The notes under the pieces are model-generated. The model had not been told where the DNA came from. It was given only the letters and a program-made list of their open reading frames with translations, and made no database searches. DNA of 64,000 nt, taken from the human T2T-CHM13v2.0 reference genome, Homo sapiens. Position 1 is the stretch's first letter. Every line of letters begins with the position of its first letter. The stretch lies in the NCBI RefSeq assembly GCF_009914755.1, contig NC_060942.1; one strand, 5' to 3'. The position numbers were made by a program, and so were the translations under genes. This document shows, one piece after another, positions 12,760 to 24,295 of this stretch.

Positions 12760-13545
12760 GTTAACTTTTGGGGAAAAAACTTATTTATAGACTCAATTTC
12801 AATAATTATTATTGATTTATCAAGACTTTATATTTTTTCTTGTCAATTTTGCTTATTCTTATGTTTTCAGAAAACTATTCATTTCATCTAAGTTTTTAAA
12901 TTTGGATGCATAGTGTTTTTCCAAAAATCCTCTTAATTTTTTTTTGTTTTATATGTTCTATGTAATTATGACCCAATTCCTGGTCAATATTGTTTACTTG
13001 TACCTTTGTTCTCCTTTTTACCCACTTGACCACTCTTGCTAAAGGTTTGTGTATTTTTACTTTTAATTTTGTAAGGCAAAAGCTTTGCATTTTATTGATA
13101 CTCTTGATCATTTCTTAATTCCCATTTAATTTTTTTTCTATCTAGCTCACTTAGGTTTGCCTTCTTTATGTCCTTAAATAAGCTAAATGCTTAAGAGATT
13201 TATTTACACTCTCTCATTTAGATGACATGTTGAACTTACACTGTCATTCAGTCCTAAGCATTTTGTAATTTTCATTTTCTTTTTATCTAAGTTATTTAGT
13301 ATTTCATTCTTAAGTATCCAAATACATACTTTGTCCAAAGTGCACTTTTTGTTTATTTATAATTACATTGCCTTTTGGATGGAGGTTGTAACTTGTATAT
13401 TATTGATTTTTTAAAAGATGTTGAGCCTTTTTGTGACTGAATACATGGCCAATGGTTCCAAATATTTTATGCGTATACTTTATCTCTTACTTGCAGTACA
13501 TACACACATACGTATCCCAATAATTTTGCTGATTTTTTAAAACAT
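12760..13545 (-). mobile_element. Highly decayed old L1 (L1M) ORF2 fragment
   Basis: T-rich antisense L1-like tracts (TTCATTTCATCTAAGTTTTTAAATTTG, TACATGGCCAAT). Confidence 0.5.
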
Positions 13546-13549
13546 TTTT

Positions 13550-16240
13550 TTTTCAAATTAGGATACTATAATTTGACCTTTTGTGTATTCAATTTCTATG
13601 ACTTCTAACAGTGAATAGATTAATGTAACCATCACTGCAATCAGGACACAAAATAGTTATATCACTCCAAGAACACTACCTCATGCTATCTTTTTTCTAG
13701 TCACCTTTTCCCCAAATCTGTAACCCCCTGTAGCCACCACTCTATTTTCTGTCATTATAGTCTTTTTCATTTTAGAATGTCACATAAATGGAATTATACA
13801 GTATGAAACCTTTTAATACTGGCTTATTTCATTCAGCATGATGACTTTGAGATGTGTCCAAGCTGGTGCATACATAGTTTATTCTTTTTGAGTGATATTC
13901 CAGTTTGCTAATGCGTTCACTTATTGAAGGACACGTGAGTTGTTTCCATTTTTGGTGGCTATAAATATTGCTGATATAACCATGCATGTACAGTTTTCAG
14001 TCTTCTAGGTTAAATACTCTGGAGTGAATAGATAGACTATATAGTAAGTATACGTTTTAGCTACACAGAAACTGCCAAATGGTTTGCCAGAATGATATGC
14101 CATTTTGCATTTCCATCAGCAACATATGAGAGTGACCACTTTTTAAATATGCCCTTTGTTGTATTTTTTGTTTATGCCATTCTAAGAGGTGTGCAGTGGT
14201 ATTTCATCATGGTATTAATTAACATTTTTCTAACAACTATTGATATTGATACCTTTTCATACAGTTAGTTGCTCTTTGTATATACTCCTTGGTGAAAAAT
14301 CTGTTCAACACTTGCCCAGTTTTTATTTGGGTTATTTGTTTTCTTACTGTCAAGTTTTGAGAGTTCTTTATATAGACGGCATACAAGTTCCTTTTTCACA
14401 TATGAGATTAACAAATGATTTATACAAGTCTTTAATTTATTTTATCATTCTCCTATCAAAGCAAAAGTTTTTCTCAAAGCAAAAGTTCCAAATTTGATCA
14501 AATCTATTTTTATGTATTTGTTCTGGACTATGCTTTTTGTATCATGTTTAAGAACCTTTGTCCATCCCTAGGTTATAAGTATTTTTTCCCTCTGCTTTCT
14601 TCTGAAAGTGTAATCATTTTTAGTTTTACATTTAGTTATATGATCCATTTTAATTTAAATATTGTATAAGTTGTGGGGTTTAGGCTGAATTTTCTTTTCC
14701 AAGAATGTCCAACATTCTTTGTTGAAAAGACTTTCTTTTAGCAATTGAATTTCCTTTAAAATGTAGTTAAAAATCAACTGGACGCATTTGTATTGACCTA
14801 CTTCTGGATTATATATTCAGCTTTATTGATCTATACATTTATCCCTTCATCAACATGACACATTTTTCATAAATGTAGCCTCATAGTAACTGTTTATCTG
14901 GTAGTATGAATCCACTTTGTTTTTCTTTTTCAGTATTGTTTTGACCTTTCTAGTTCATATCTTTTCCATATAAATTTTAGAATCATTGTATCTACATACA
15001 TAAAAAATCCACTAAGATTTTGGTTGGAATTGTGTCAAATCTATAGATTAATTTGGAAAACACTGATGTATGTTCTTCAGTCTTCTAACACGTGAACACA
15101 GCAGTATGCATCTCCACTTGTTTGGATCTTTTTTGATGTTTTAAATAAGTTTTTTTAGATGCATAGCAAAGTATTTTATTTTGCAGAACTGTTGCAAATG
15201 CTTATTTGCTTTTAAGTTCAAGTTTCAAAAGCTAATTATTAGTATATAGAAATATTATTTGACCTTGTCTTCTGCAACGTTGCCAAACTCCCTTACTAGT
15301 TCTACCTTTTCATTGATCTTTTTGATAATTTTTGGAGGAGTTTATATGTGAACAATATGTCACCTAGACATAGAGTAAGTTTTACTTCTTACTCTCAAAA
15401 TTCATACTTTGTACTTCTTTTTTTCTTATTTCAATGGCTAGAATAGCCAGCACATATTGAATAGGAGACATGAGAGTGGGCACACTTCTTTTTACCAGTT
15501 TTAAGAAGAAAACATTCAGTCTTTTTCTATTAGGTAAGATGTAGCAATAGTTTTTTAGATGCCGTTGATCAGGTTGAGTGAGTTATCTTTTATTCCTCTT
15601 TCACTGCAAATTTTAATCATGTTGGGTGTTGAATTTTGTCAAATGTTTTCCAGCACCAATTGTAGTAATCATGTGTTTTTTTCTTCCTTAGATTGTTTAT
15701 ATGATTTCTTGTATGGATTGTTTTTTGCGTCTTGAATCAACTTTGCATTCCCACGGTCAACTCCATTTGTTTATCTATTTTTCTTTTTATGTATTGATGG
15801 ATTCAATTTGTCAATATTTTCCTGAGGAATTTTATATCTCTGTTCATGAGGGTTATTAGTCAGTAGTTCCTTCTCTTGTGCTCTCTTTTTATGGTTTTGT
15901 AATTAGGGTAATGCTGGCCTCATTAATGAGTTGGAAAGTGTTCTCTCCTTTTCTACATTTTTTTTTTGAAAAAGAAAATTGTGTAGAATTAATCATACTT
16001 CTTTAATTATTTGGTAGAACTCATCAATAAAATAGGCCTGGATATTTCCTTTTTCAGAAGTTATTCAACTCTGAATTCAGTATGTTTAATAGTTACAGGA
16101 TTACAAAAGTTATTTCATTTTGAATGAGTTTGGGTACTTTATAATATCGAATATACTCTCCATTTTATCAAAGGTGTTGAATGTATGTGTATAACCTGTT
16201 TGTAGTATGTATGCTCCTAGTTTTCTTGTTAATGTGTCTT
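13550..16240 (-). mobile_element. L1MC-type LINE-1, 3' UTR plus distal ORF2, antisense
   Basis: TGTAACCATCACTGCAATCAGGACAC, AATGGAATTATACAGTATG, GTTGAAAAGACTTTC, GTAATGCTGGCCTCATTAATGAGTTGGAAAGTGTTC: collinear antisense L1 landmarks. Confidence 0.8.
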
Positions 16241-16840
16241 GCATTTTTTTCAGATTTTAGAGTAGCATTTAGCAGAAGAAACAGGGTAGAATTTACTGCC
16301 TCTTCCTTGAAAACAGAACACAAATTGGCTGATTTTATTACAGGATTTATTTTTAAGTTTAGTATTATAATGTTTGCGTGATATTTCCATTTGGATATTG
16401 TTAAAAATCTAAAGCTAGTGAGTAGCTTTGCTACTTTTTCTGTCATTTTTCCTTTATATAATTCAAAACTATGTGGTCAGGTACACATACTATATTTTAG
16501 TACTGCTGTGCTCATATCCATAGGTTGTCTCCTTTATTTTTATGCAATAGCTTTATAAATTGTTATAAAAGATTGTTCTAAATTCGGTTTTTTCTATATA
16601 TATTTATTAGAAATTTGCACAGTAAACATTTTTCCCCAAACATGTATTTTCAACTTCTTTGTTGCTTTATTTTAAATTTCCCTTTAAATAAGTGACAGAA
16701 AGCTAAATTTTGATATATTTCAAAATGTAAACTCATAATTTCTGTCTTTTAAATGGTTTGTTTATTATTTTCACATTTATAGTGATTTCTGCTTGTTTGT
16801 ACATATTCCTGCCACCTTCTGTGTGATTTGTTTTCCCTTT

Positions 16841-19356
16841 TTGGCACAGATGGCTATTATTTCTCCAAATATTTATTTTCCTCTATTTTAGGTTAGAGTT
16901 TTGTGCCAGGCCAAGAGCTGCCTTCTCCAATCCTCCTGGCATCTTCATGGGTCCATATGGCTAACTCTCACCAATCAAATATGGGCAGAAGTGATGTGTG
17001 TTCCTTTTGAGCCAACTTGGTTAAGAATTAGGCATGCTTTCTTCATCTTCACTTTACTTACTCAGTGGCTGAATGCAAAATAATTTGAAGCCTAGTGATT
17101 TGTAGAGTTACCAAATGAAGGGAGTCTGAGTTCCTGAATCAATATAGGAGGAGCTACCCACTGAAAATTCACATTGGATTTGCATCTAAGTGAAAAAAAA
17201 TTCTATTGTCAGTAAAATTTTGAGACATGTTTGTTATGGCAACTTGTATTATCGTAACTACTACAAAAAATGTTGCCTCAAAGTAGAGTGCTGCCATAAC
17301 AAAATCCTAAAATATATTGTCATAGCTGTCATGTGGCAGGTGGCAAGGCAACTGATATCAGAAACTGGAAAGCTTGAAATCCATGTCATGTAGTGACAAC
17401 ACTTCTGTAAACCATTGCCTGAAGTAAGACAAACCATTTGCCTAGAACTGTAACTTCAAGAGAAGACTGGAAAACAAAATATTGTAGTGTATGTTGGCTG
17501 CTACTGGATCTGTTTATTGAGGTATTCGAAGAAGAAGAAAAAAGATAAACTCCAGGAAGGACTTACAAGTTTTCGAATAAAAATGAAAATATATAGAAAG
17601 AATCATAAAATTTAGAACCTTGAAGTGATTTAAAAAGTTGACTAATTCTAGCCTCAAAGCTAAAATGGATAGAAATAAAAGGGATTTGAACAACCAACAC
17701 CCATTAATGTTCAGTTCTGCATAAAACTCAGATTAAAGTTGTGACCTTCCACTCAGTCTTGTTATTTGGCCTCATGGTAATCATCTTTGAGGACTCTTCA
17801 CCACTCCTAACCAACATGGATCAATTCTCCATCCTTCACTGCTTTATTTTTGCCTCTGAAAGCTGATCCCTGTGAACTGCTTCTCCAGAATTGCCTTGCA
17901 GCAGGTTTCTATTTGGGTTTAAATGCATCCAGCAGGACTTTGGAGAGTTTGGCTATTCCCTCCTTATTTCTTTGTTCTTTTAGCAGAACCTATATTTCCC
18001 CATCACTACAGCTTCTTTCAGTGGTCTCCCTTCCATGGCTCTAATTCTCACTGGACTCTAGTGACTCTATTTTCTTCCTTCATCACTAAGAGTGGCAACA
18101 GCTTCATTCTGTTGCTACTCACTGAGTGGCTCCATCATCCTTTGTTTCCTTATCCCTCTTCATGCCTGTTGACATACCCCCTTTATTGAAATTCCTTTCT
18201 TTGAATTATCTAGAGAAAATTATTTTTCCTGCTGAGGGCCTGACTCAAAAACTGTTATTAAATGGTTGAGAAAAATACATGAAATCAAAAAGCAAAGAAA
18301 TTAATTAGGCTTGAGAATAGCATCAAGAACAGAACTACTGGCCCTGGGAGGAAATAGATCAACATCCTACTATATATTTTGTAGAGTTGCATTTTCAAAG
18401 AAATAGCATCTATGACCCAAATAGCCTTTGGATATTTAGACCTTAGTGCAAATTTTGAGTCCTTAGCATGTCCCCCAAAATTTTGAGTCCTTAGCGCATG
18501 TCCCCAAACAAGCTGAGTTAAAAAGCAGGCTATGAAAGTTATATTGCTCTCCTCCCAGGTGTGAAATATCCCCAATAGGAGTGGCCTTGGAGGGTAATGA
18601 ATAAGAAAGAATATTTCAGAGAGTGGAGTCAGAAGCCATGCAGAACCATGAGCAAAAGGATTCCTCCCAGAGAGCTGAATCAGGCTCCACCTTACCCATT
18701 GCTAGTATAAGAAGTTGCTGCAGTAGCTGACCAAGAGGAACTTAGAAGTTGTATGGACCAGTGACTGTTTATATCTCACAACTTTCTCTTTTTCTCAATG
18801 GGAAGGTTGATGGATATTTTCCTGCCTGTCCCACAATGATATTAGACGTTTTCAGAGGAAATGAAGAGAGAGAACTTGTCTTTTCCATTTCAAAAGCTAT
18901 CAGTCCGTGAGGAACTATAGCTGGACCTGCTGGAGTGAATTGAATATTGCCAGAAGATCTTGGATTTGAACTTGATGACATAATTGGATGGGATTTTGAG
19001 ATATTTCATTTACAGAAGGGAAAATTGTTCTTTGGGTAAGAGAAAGACTACAAATGGATATATTGCTGTTTACATGGAAAACTTATGGCAGAGATGGCCA
19101 CTTTTTCATCAATGACTCATGTTTTTCTTTAAAAACATAGTTGCTCATTTTAAATCTATGTTAAGTTATATTATTAGTTCTTAACAATGGACTATGAGTG
19201 GAAGTCATGTATGTCACTTTCATGCCAAAAAGTTTAAGCGTAGATGTCTTCTCCATCATCTCTTTCTATATCTGCCAGCTATAAATAAAGGACTCTGAGG
19301 ACTTAGTGGATATGGAATAATAGCAAAATAGATATAAATTGGTCCCTAGATCAATA
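16841..19356 (+). mobile_element. MLT1J-like MaLR element with two LTRs (~16841-17263 and ~19084-19356) and internal sequence
   Basis: Two related LTR starts (TGGCACAGATGGCTA / TGGCAGAGATGGCCA) and shared GGAAGT(G/C)ATGT(G/A)TG blocks; MaLR-int-like sequence between them; 3' LTR interrupted by Tigger1. Confidence 0.6.
17745..18250. mobile_element. Old ERVL-type LTR (LTR33/LTR16-like) inside the MLT1 internal region
   Basis: GCTGATCCCTGTGAACTGC...CTTGCAGCAGGTTTC...ATTGAAATTCC...TTTCCTGCTG...CCTGACT pattern recalled for LTR33-like elements. Confidence 0.45.
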
Positions 19357-20118
19357 CAGGCATACCTCCAAGATATAGAATTTGGTTCTAGCCATTGCAA
19401 TAAAGCAAATATTGCAATGAAGAGTCACACAGATTTTTTGGTTTCCCCATGCATATAAAAGTTATGTTAACACTATATTGTAGTTTATTAAATGTGTAAT
19501 AGCATTATGTCTAAAAAGCAAGACACATACCATAGTTAAAAGATACCTCATTCCTAAAATATGCTAATCATTATCTGGGTCCCCAACAAATAGTAATCTT
19601 TTTTATGGTGGAGGGTCTCACCTCAATGTTGATGGCTACTGACTGATCAGGGTAGTGGTTGCTAAAGGTTGGGATGGCTGTGGCAATTTCTTAAAATAAG
19701 ACAACAATGAAGTTTGCTACATTGATTCTTTTTTTTATCCTGAAAAATTTCTCTGTAGCACATGATGCTATTGAATAGCATTATATCCACAGTAGCACTT
19801 TTTTCAAAATTGGAGTCAATCCTTTCAAGCTTTGCCACTGCTTTGTTGACTATGTTTATATATTATACTAAATCTTTTGTTGTCATTTCAACGATGTTCA
19901 CAGCATCTTAACCAAGAGTAGATTCAATCTCAATGAACGACTTTCTTTGTGCATCAATCAGAAGCAACTCTCCATTTAAGTTTTATCATGAGATTGTAAC
20001 AATTCAATTACATCTTCAGTCTCCACTTCTAATTCTAGTTCCTTTGCTCTTTCTGCCACATCTGCAGTTACTTGCTGCAAGACTCCGCTGGAATCCTGAG
20101 TGTCTAAAAGTCATACAT

Positions 20119-20425
20119 GGCCTGGTGCTGTAGCTCACACCTGTAATTCCAGCACTTTGGGAGGCTGAGTTAGAGGAATCACTTGAGGCCAGGAGTTGTA
20201 GATCAGCCTGGCCAACATACTGAAGCCACATCTCTACTAAAAATACAAAAATTAGCTGGGCATGGTGGTGCATGTCTGTAATCCCAGCTACTCAGGTGGC
20301 TGAGGCATGAGAATCACTTGAATCCAGGAGGCAGAGGTTGCAGTGAGCCAAGACTGTGCCACTGCACTCCATCCTGGGCAACAGAATGAGACTCTGTCTC
20401 AAAAAAATAAATAAAAATAAAAATA
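20119..20425 (+). mobile_element. AluS (Sz-like) inserted in Tigger1
   Basis: Full dimeric Alu with A-rich tail; approximate TSD AAAAGTCATACATG / AAAAGTAATCCATG. Confidence 0.92.
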
Positions 20426-20772
20426 AAAGTAATCCATGAGTGTTGATATCTATTTCTTCCAATGTCTTTTTAATGTTGATATTTTGATCTGGTCTCATGA
20501 ATCACAAATATTCTTAGAGGCATCTATTATAAAATGGTGAATACTTTCCAAAACTTTTTCCAATTTACTTTTCTTAGATGCATGAGAGGAAAATTACTCC
20601 TTGATTTATGGGCTATTGTGTTAACAGAAATGAAAGCAACCCTAGTCTCCTTGTACACCTCCATCAGAGCTGTTGGTTGAGTAGGCGCCTTGTCAATGAG
20701 CAGTAATATTTTGAACAAAATCTTTTCTTCTGAGCAGTACGTATCAATAGTGAACTTAAAATCTTCAGTAAA

Positions 20773-22907
20773 TCTTGTAAATTTGTTTAAGTTCCTTGTA
20801 GATTCTGGATATTAGCCCTTTGTGAGATGAATAGATTGCAAAACTTTTATCCCATTCTGTAGATTGTCTGTTCACTCTGATGATAGTTTCTTTTGCTGTG
20901 CAGAAACTCTTTAGTTTAATTAGATCCCATTTGTCAATTTTGGCTTTTGTTGCCATTGCTTTTGATGTTTTAGTCCTGAAGTCTTTGCCCTTGCCTATGT
21001 CCTGAATGGTATTGTCTAGGTTTTCTAGGGTTTTTATGCTTTTAGGTCTTACGTTTAAGTCTTTAATCCATCTTGAGCTAATTTTTATATAAGGTGTAAG
21101 GAAGGGGTCCAGTTTCAGTTTTCTGCATATGGCTAGCCAGTTTTCCCAACACCATTTATTAAATACGGAATCCTTTCCCCATTGCTTGTTTTTGTCAGGT
21201 TTGCCAAAGATCAAATGGTTGTAGATGTGTGGTGTTATTTCTGAGGACTCTGTTCTGTTCCATTGGTCTATATCTCTGTTTTGGTACCAGTACCATGCTG
21301 TTTTGGTTACTGTAGCCTTGTAGTATAGTTTGAGTCAGGTAGCGTGATGCCTCCAGCTTTGTTCTTTTTGCTTATGATTGTCTTGGCTATAACAGGCTCT
21401 GTTTTGGTTCCATATGAAATTTAAAGTAGTTTCTTCTAATTCTGTGAAAAAAGTCAATGGTAGCTTGACGGGTATAGCATTGAATCTATAAATTACTTTG
21501 GGCAGTATGGCCATTTTCACAATGTTGATTCTTCCTGTCCATGAGCATGGAATATTTTTTCCATTTGTTTGTGTCCTCTCTTATTTTCTTCAGCAGTGGT
21601 TTGTAATTCTTCTTGAAGAGGTCCTTTACATCTCTTGTAAGTTGATTCCTAAGTATTTTATTCTCTTTGTAGCAATTGTGAATGGGAGTTCACTCATGAT
21701 TTGGTTCTCTGTTTGTCTATTATTGGTGTATGGGAATGCTGGTGATTTTTGCACATTGATTTTATATCCTGAGACTTTGCTGAAGTTGCTTATCAGCTTA
21801 GGGAGATTTTGGGCTGAGATGATGGGGTTTTCTAAATATACAATTATGTCATCTGGAAACAGACACAATTTTACTTCCTTTCTTCCTATTTGAATGTCCT
21901 TTATTTCTTTCTCTTGCCTAATTGCCCTCACCAGAACTTCCAATACTATGTTGAATAGGAGTGTTGAGAGAGGGCATCCTTGTCTTGTGCCAGTTTTCAA
22001 AAGGAATGCTTCCAGCTTTTGCCCATTCAGAAGGATATGAACAGACACTTCTCAAAAGAAGACATTTTTGAGGCCAACAAACATGTGAAAAAAAGGTCAG
22101 CATCACTGGTCATTAGAGAAATGCAACTCAAAACCACAATGAGATACCATCTCATGCCTGTTAGAATGGTGATCATTAAAAAGTCAGGAAACAACAGATG
22201 CTGGAGAGGATGTGGAGAAATAGGAATGCTTTTCCACTGTTGGTGGGAGTGTAAATTAATTCAACCGTTGTGGAAGACAGTGTGGCAGTTTCTCAAGGAT
22301 CTAGAACCAAAAATACCATTTGACCCAGCAATCCCATTACTGGGTGTATACCCAAAGGATTATAAATCATTCTACTATAAAGACATATGCACACGTATGT
22401 TTATTGCAGCACTATACACAATAGAAAAGACTTGGAACCAACCCAAAAGTCCATCAATGATAGAATGGATAAAGAAAATGTGGCACAGATACTCCATGGA
22501 ATACTAAGCAGCCATAAAAAAGGATGAGTTCATGTCCTTTGCAGGGACATGGATGAAGCTGGAAACCATCATTCTCAGCAAACTAACACAGGAACAGAAA
22601 ACCAAACACTGCATGTTCTCACTCTTAACTGGGAGTTGAACAATGAGAACACAGGAACAGAAAACCAAACACTGCATGTTCTCACTCTTAAGTGGGAGTT
22701 GAACAATGGGAACACATGGACACACAGAGGGGAACATCACGCACGGGAGCCTGTTTGGGGGTGGGGGTTTAGGGGAAGGATAGCATTAAGAGAAATACCT
22801 AATGTAGATGACAAGTTGATGGGTGTAGCAAACCACCATGGCACATGTATACCTAGGTAACAAACCTGCACGTTCTGCGTATGTATCTCAGAAATTAAAG
22901 TATAATC
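20773..22907. mobile_element. L1PA7-like LINE-1 with 5' inversion (20773-22030 antisense, 22031-22907 sense)
   Basis: - strand ORFs encode ORF2p RT/C-terminal regions; + strand from 22031 encodes the ORF2p C-terminus and 3' UTR; TSD AAAATCTTCAGTAAA (20758-20772) / AAAATAATTCAGTTAA (22908-22923). Confidence 0.92.
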
Positions 22908-22950
22908 AAAATAATTCAGTTAATCATGCTATAAATAGATGTGCTGTCAT

Positions 22951-23220
22951 TCAAGTTTTGTTTTTCCATTTATAGAGCACACACAGAGTAGATGTAGCAT
23001 CATTCTTGAGGGCTCTAGAATTTTTAGAACGGTAAAAGAGCATTGGCTTCAATTTGAAGTCAACAGCTGCATTAGCCCCTAATGAAAGAATCAGCCTATC
23101 CTTTGAAGCTTTGAAGCCAGGCACTGACATCTTGGCTTTAGCTATGAAAATTTTAGATGGCATTTTCTTCCAATAGGAAGCTGTTTCATCCACATAGAAA
23201 ATCTGCTGCACTTTCATCAA
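22951..23220 (-). pseudogene. Decayed Tigger1 transposase DDE-domain fragment
   Basis: [22 protein letters not shown]...GFKASKDRL...[13 protein letters not shown] matches the CENP-B/TIGD DDE_1 motif; continues in [10 protein letters not shown] (20527-20718); broken by stops and insertions. Confidence 0.85.
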
Positions 23221-24295
23221 TGATGATCTTATGGCTAACTTGCTGCAGCTTCTGTATCAGCACTTGCTGATTAATCTGGCATTTTTATGGTATTGAGATG
23301 GTTTATTTCCACAGACTTCATGAACCAACCTCTGCTAGCATCAGACTTTTCTTCTGCAACTTCCTTATTTCTGTCAGCCTTCATAAAATTGAATAGAGTT
23401 AGTTAGGGCCTTGCTTTGGATTAGACTTTGACTTATGGTAATATTGTAGCTGGTTTGATCTATCCAGACCACTAAAATGTTCTGCATTTCAGCAATAAGT
23501 CTGTTCTGCTTTCTTCTCCTTTGTGTATTCACTAAGAGTAGCACTTCTAGTTTTGTTGAATAACTTTCCTTTTCATTTACAACTTTGGCACAACAGAGAT
23601 ACCATTTAAAATGTCTTCTTTGCTAAGCTTAATTATTTCTAGCTTTTCATTTAAAGTGAGAGATGTGTGACTCTTCCTTTTACAAGAACATTTAAATGCC
23701 ACTGTAGAGTTATTAATCAGCCTCATTTCAATATTGTTATCTCTTAGGGGATAAGGATGCCCAAGAAGAGAGAGAAAAATAGGGAAATTGGCCAGATGGT
23801 GGAGCAGTCAAAACACATATAACATTTATCAATTAAGTTTGTTGTCTTAAATGGGAAGTTGATAGTAACCCAAAACACTTACAATGGTAACATCAAAGAT
23901 CACTGATAACAGATCACCATAAAGATATCATAATAATTTTAAAAGTTTGAAATATTTAGAGAATTACAAAAATGTGACATAAAGATAAGTGAGCACATGC
24001 TGTAGGAAAATAGCACCTATAGACTTGTTTGACACAGAATGAACACATATTTTCAATTTGTAGAAAATGTAATATCTGCAAAGCACAATAAAGTGAAGCT
24101 CAATAAAATGAGGTGTGGTTGTACGTGGATGGCCACCTAATAATCAGCTGCCCTGGATTCTGAATCTCTGGGTCTTATTTTTATTTTCAAAAATCTTTTT
24201 CTTAGTAATTATTATCAATCTAACAATAACTTTTAAAAAAATTTGTTCTTTTTCTGCTTTGTGTTGGTTGATAAATTTTTACAGTACCTTTTATT

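Larger units (their letters stand above)
19357..24121 (-). mobile_element. Tigger1 DNA transposon, near full length, interrupted by an Alu and an L1
   Basis: TIRs CAGGCATACCTC (19357) and GAGGTGTGGTTG (24121), both flanked by TA; - strand ORF remnants 22951-23220 and 20527-20718 encode pogo/Tigger DDE transposase segments. Confidence 0.93.

Noticed and set aside
20765-22048. 149-aa and 140-aa ORFs resembling reverse transcriptase
   Set aside because: Fragments of L1 ORF2p in a truncated, inverted, frameshifted copy (FPDD in place of the catalytic FADD motif); not a functional gene or novel RT system.
19357-24121. Possible domesticated TIGD-like gene
   Set aside because: The transposase frame is broken by stops and by Alu and L1 insertions, and the TIRs and TA TSDs show an ordinary fossil Tigger1.
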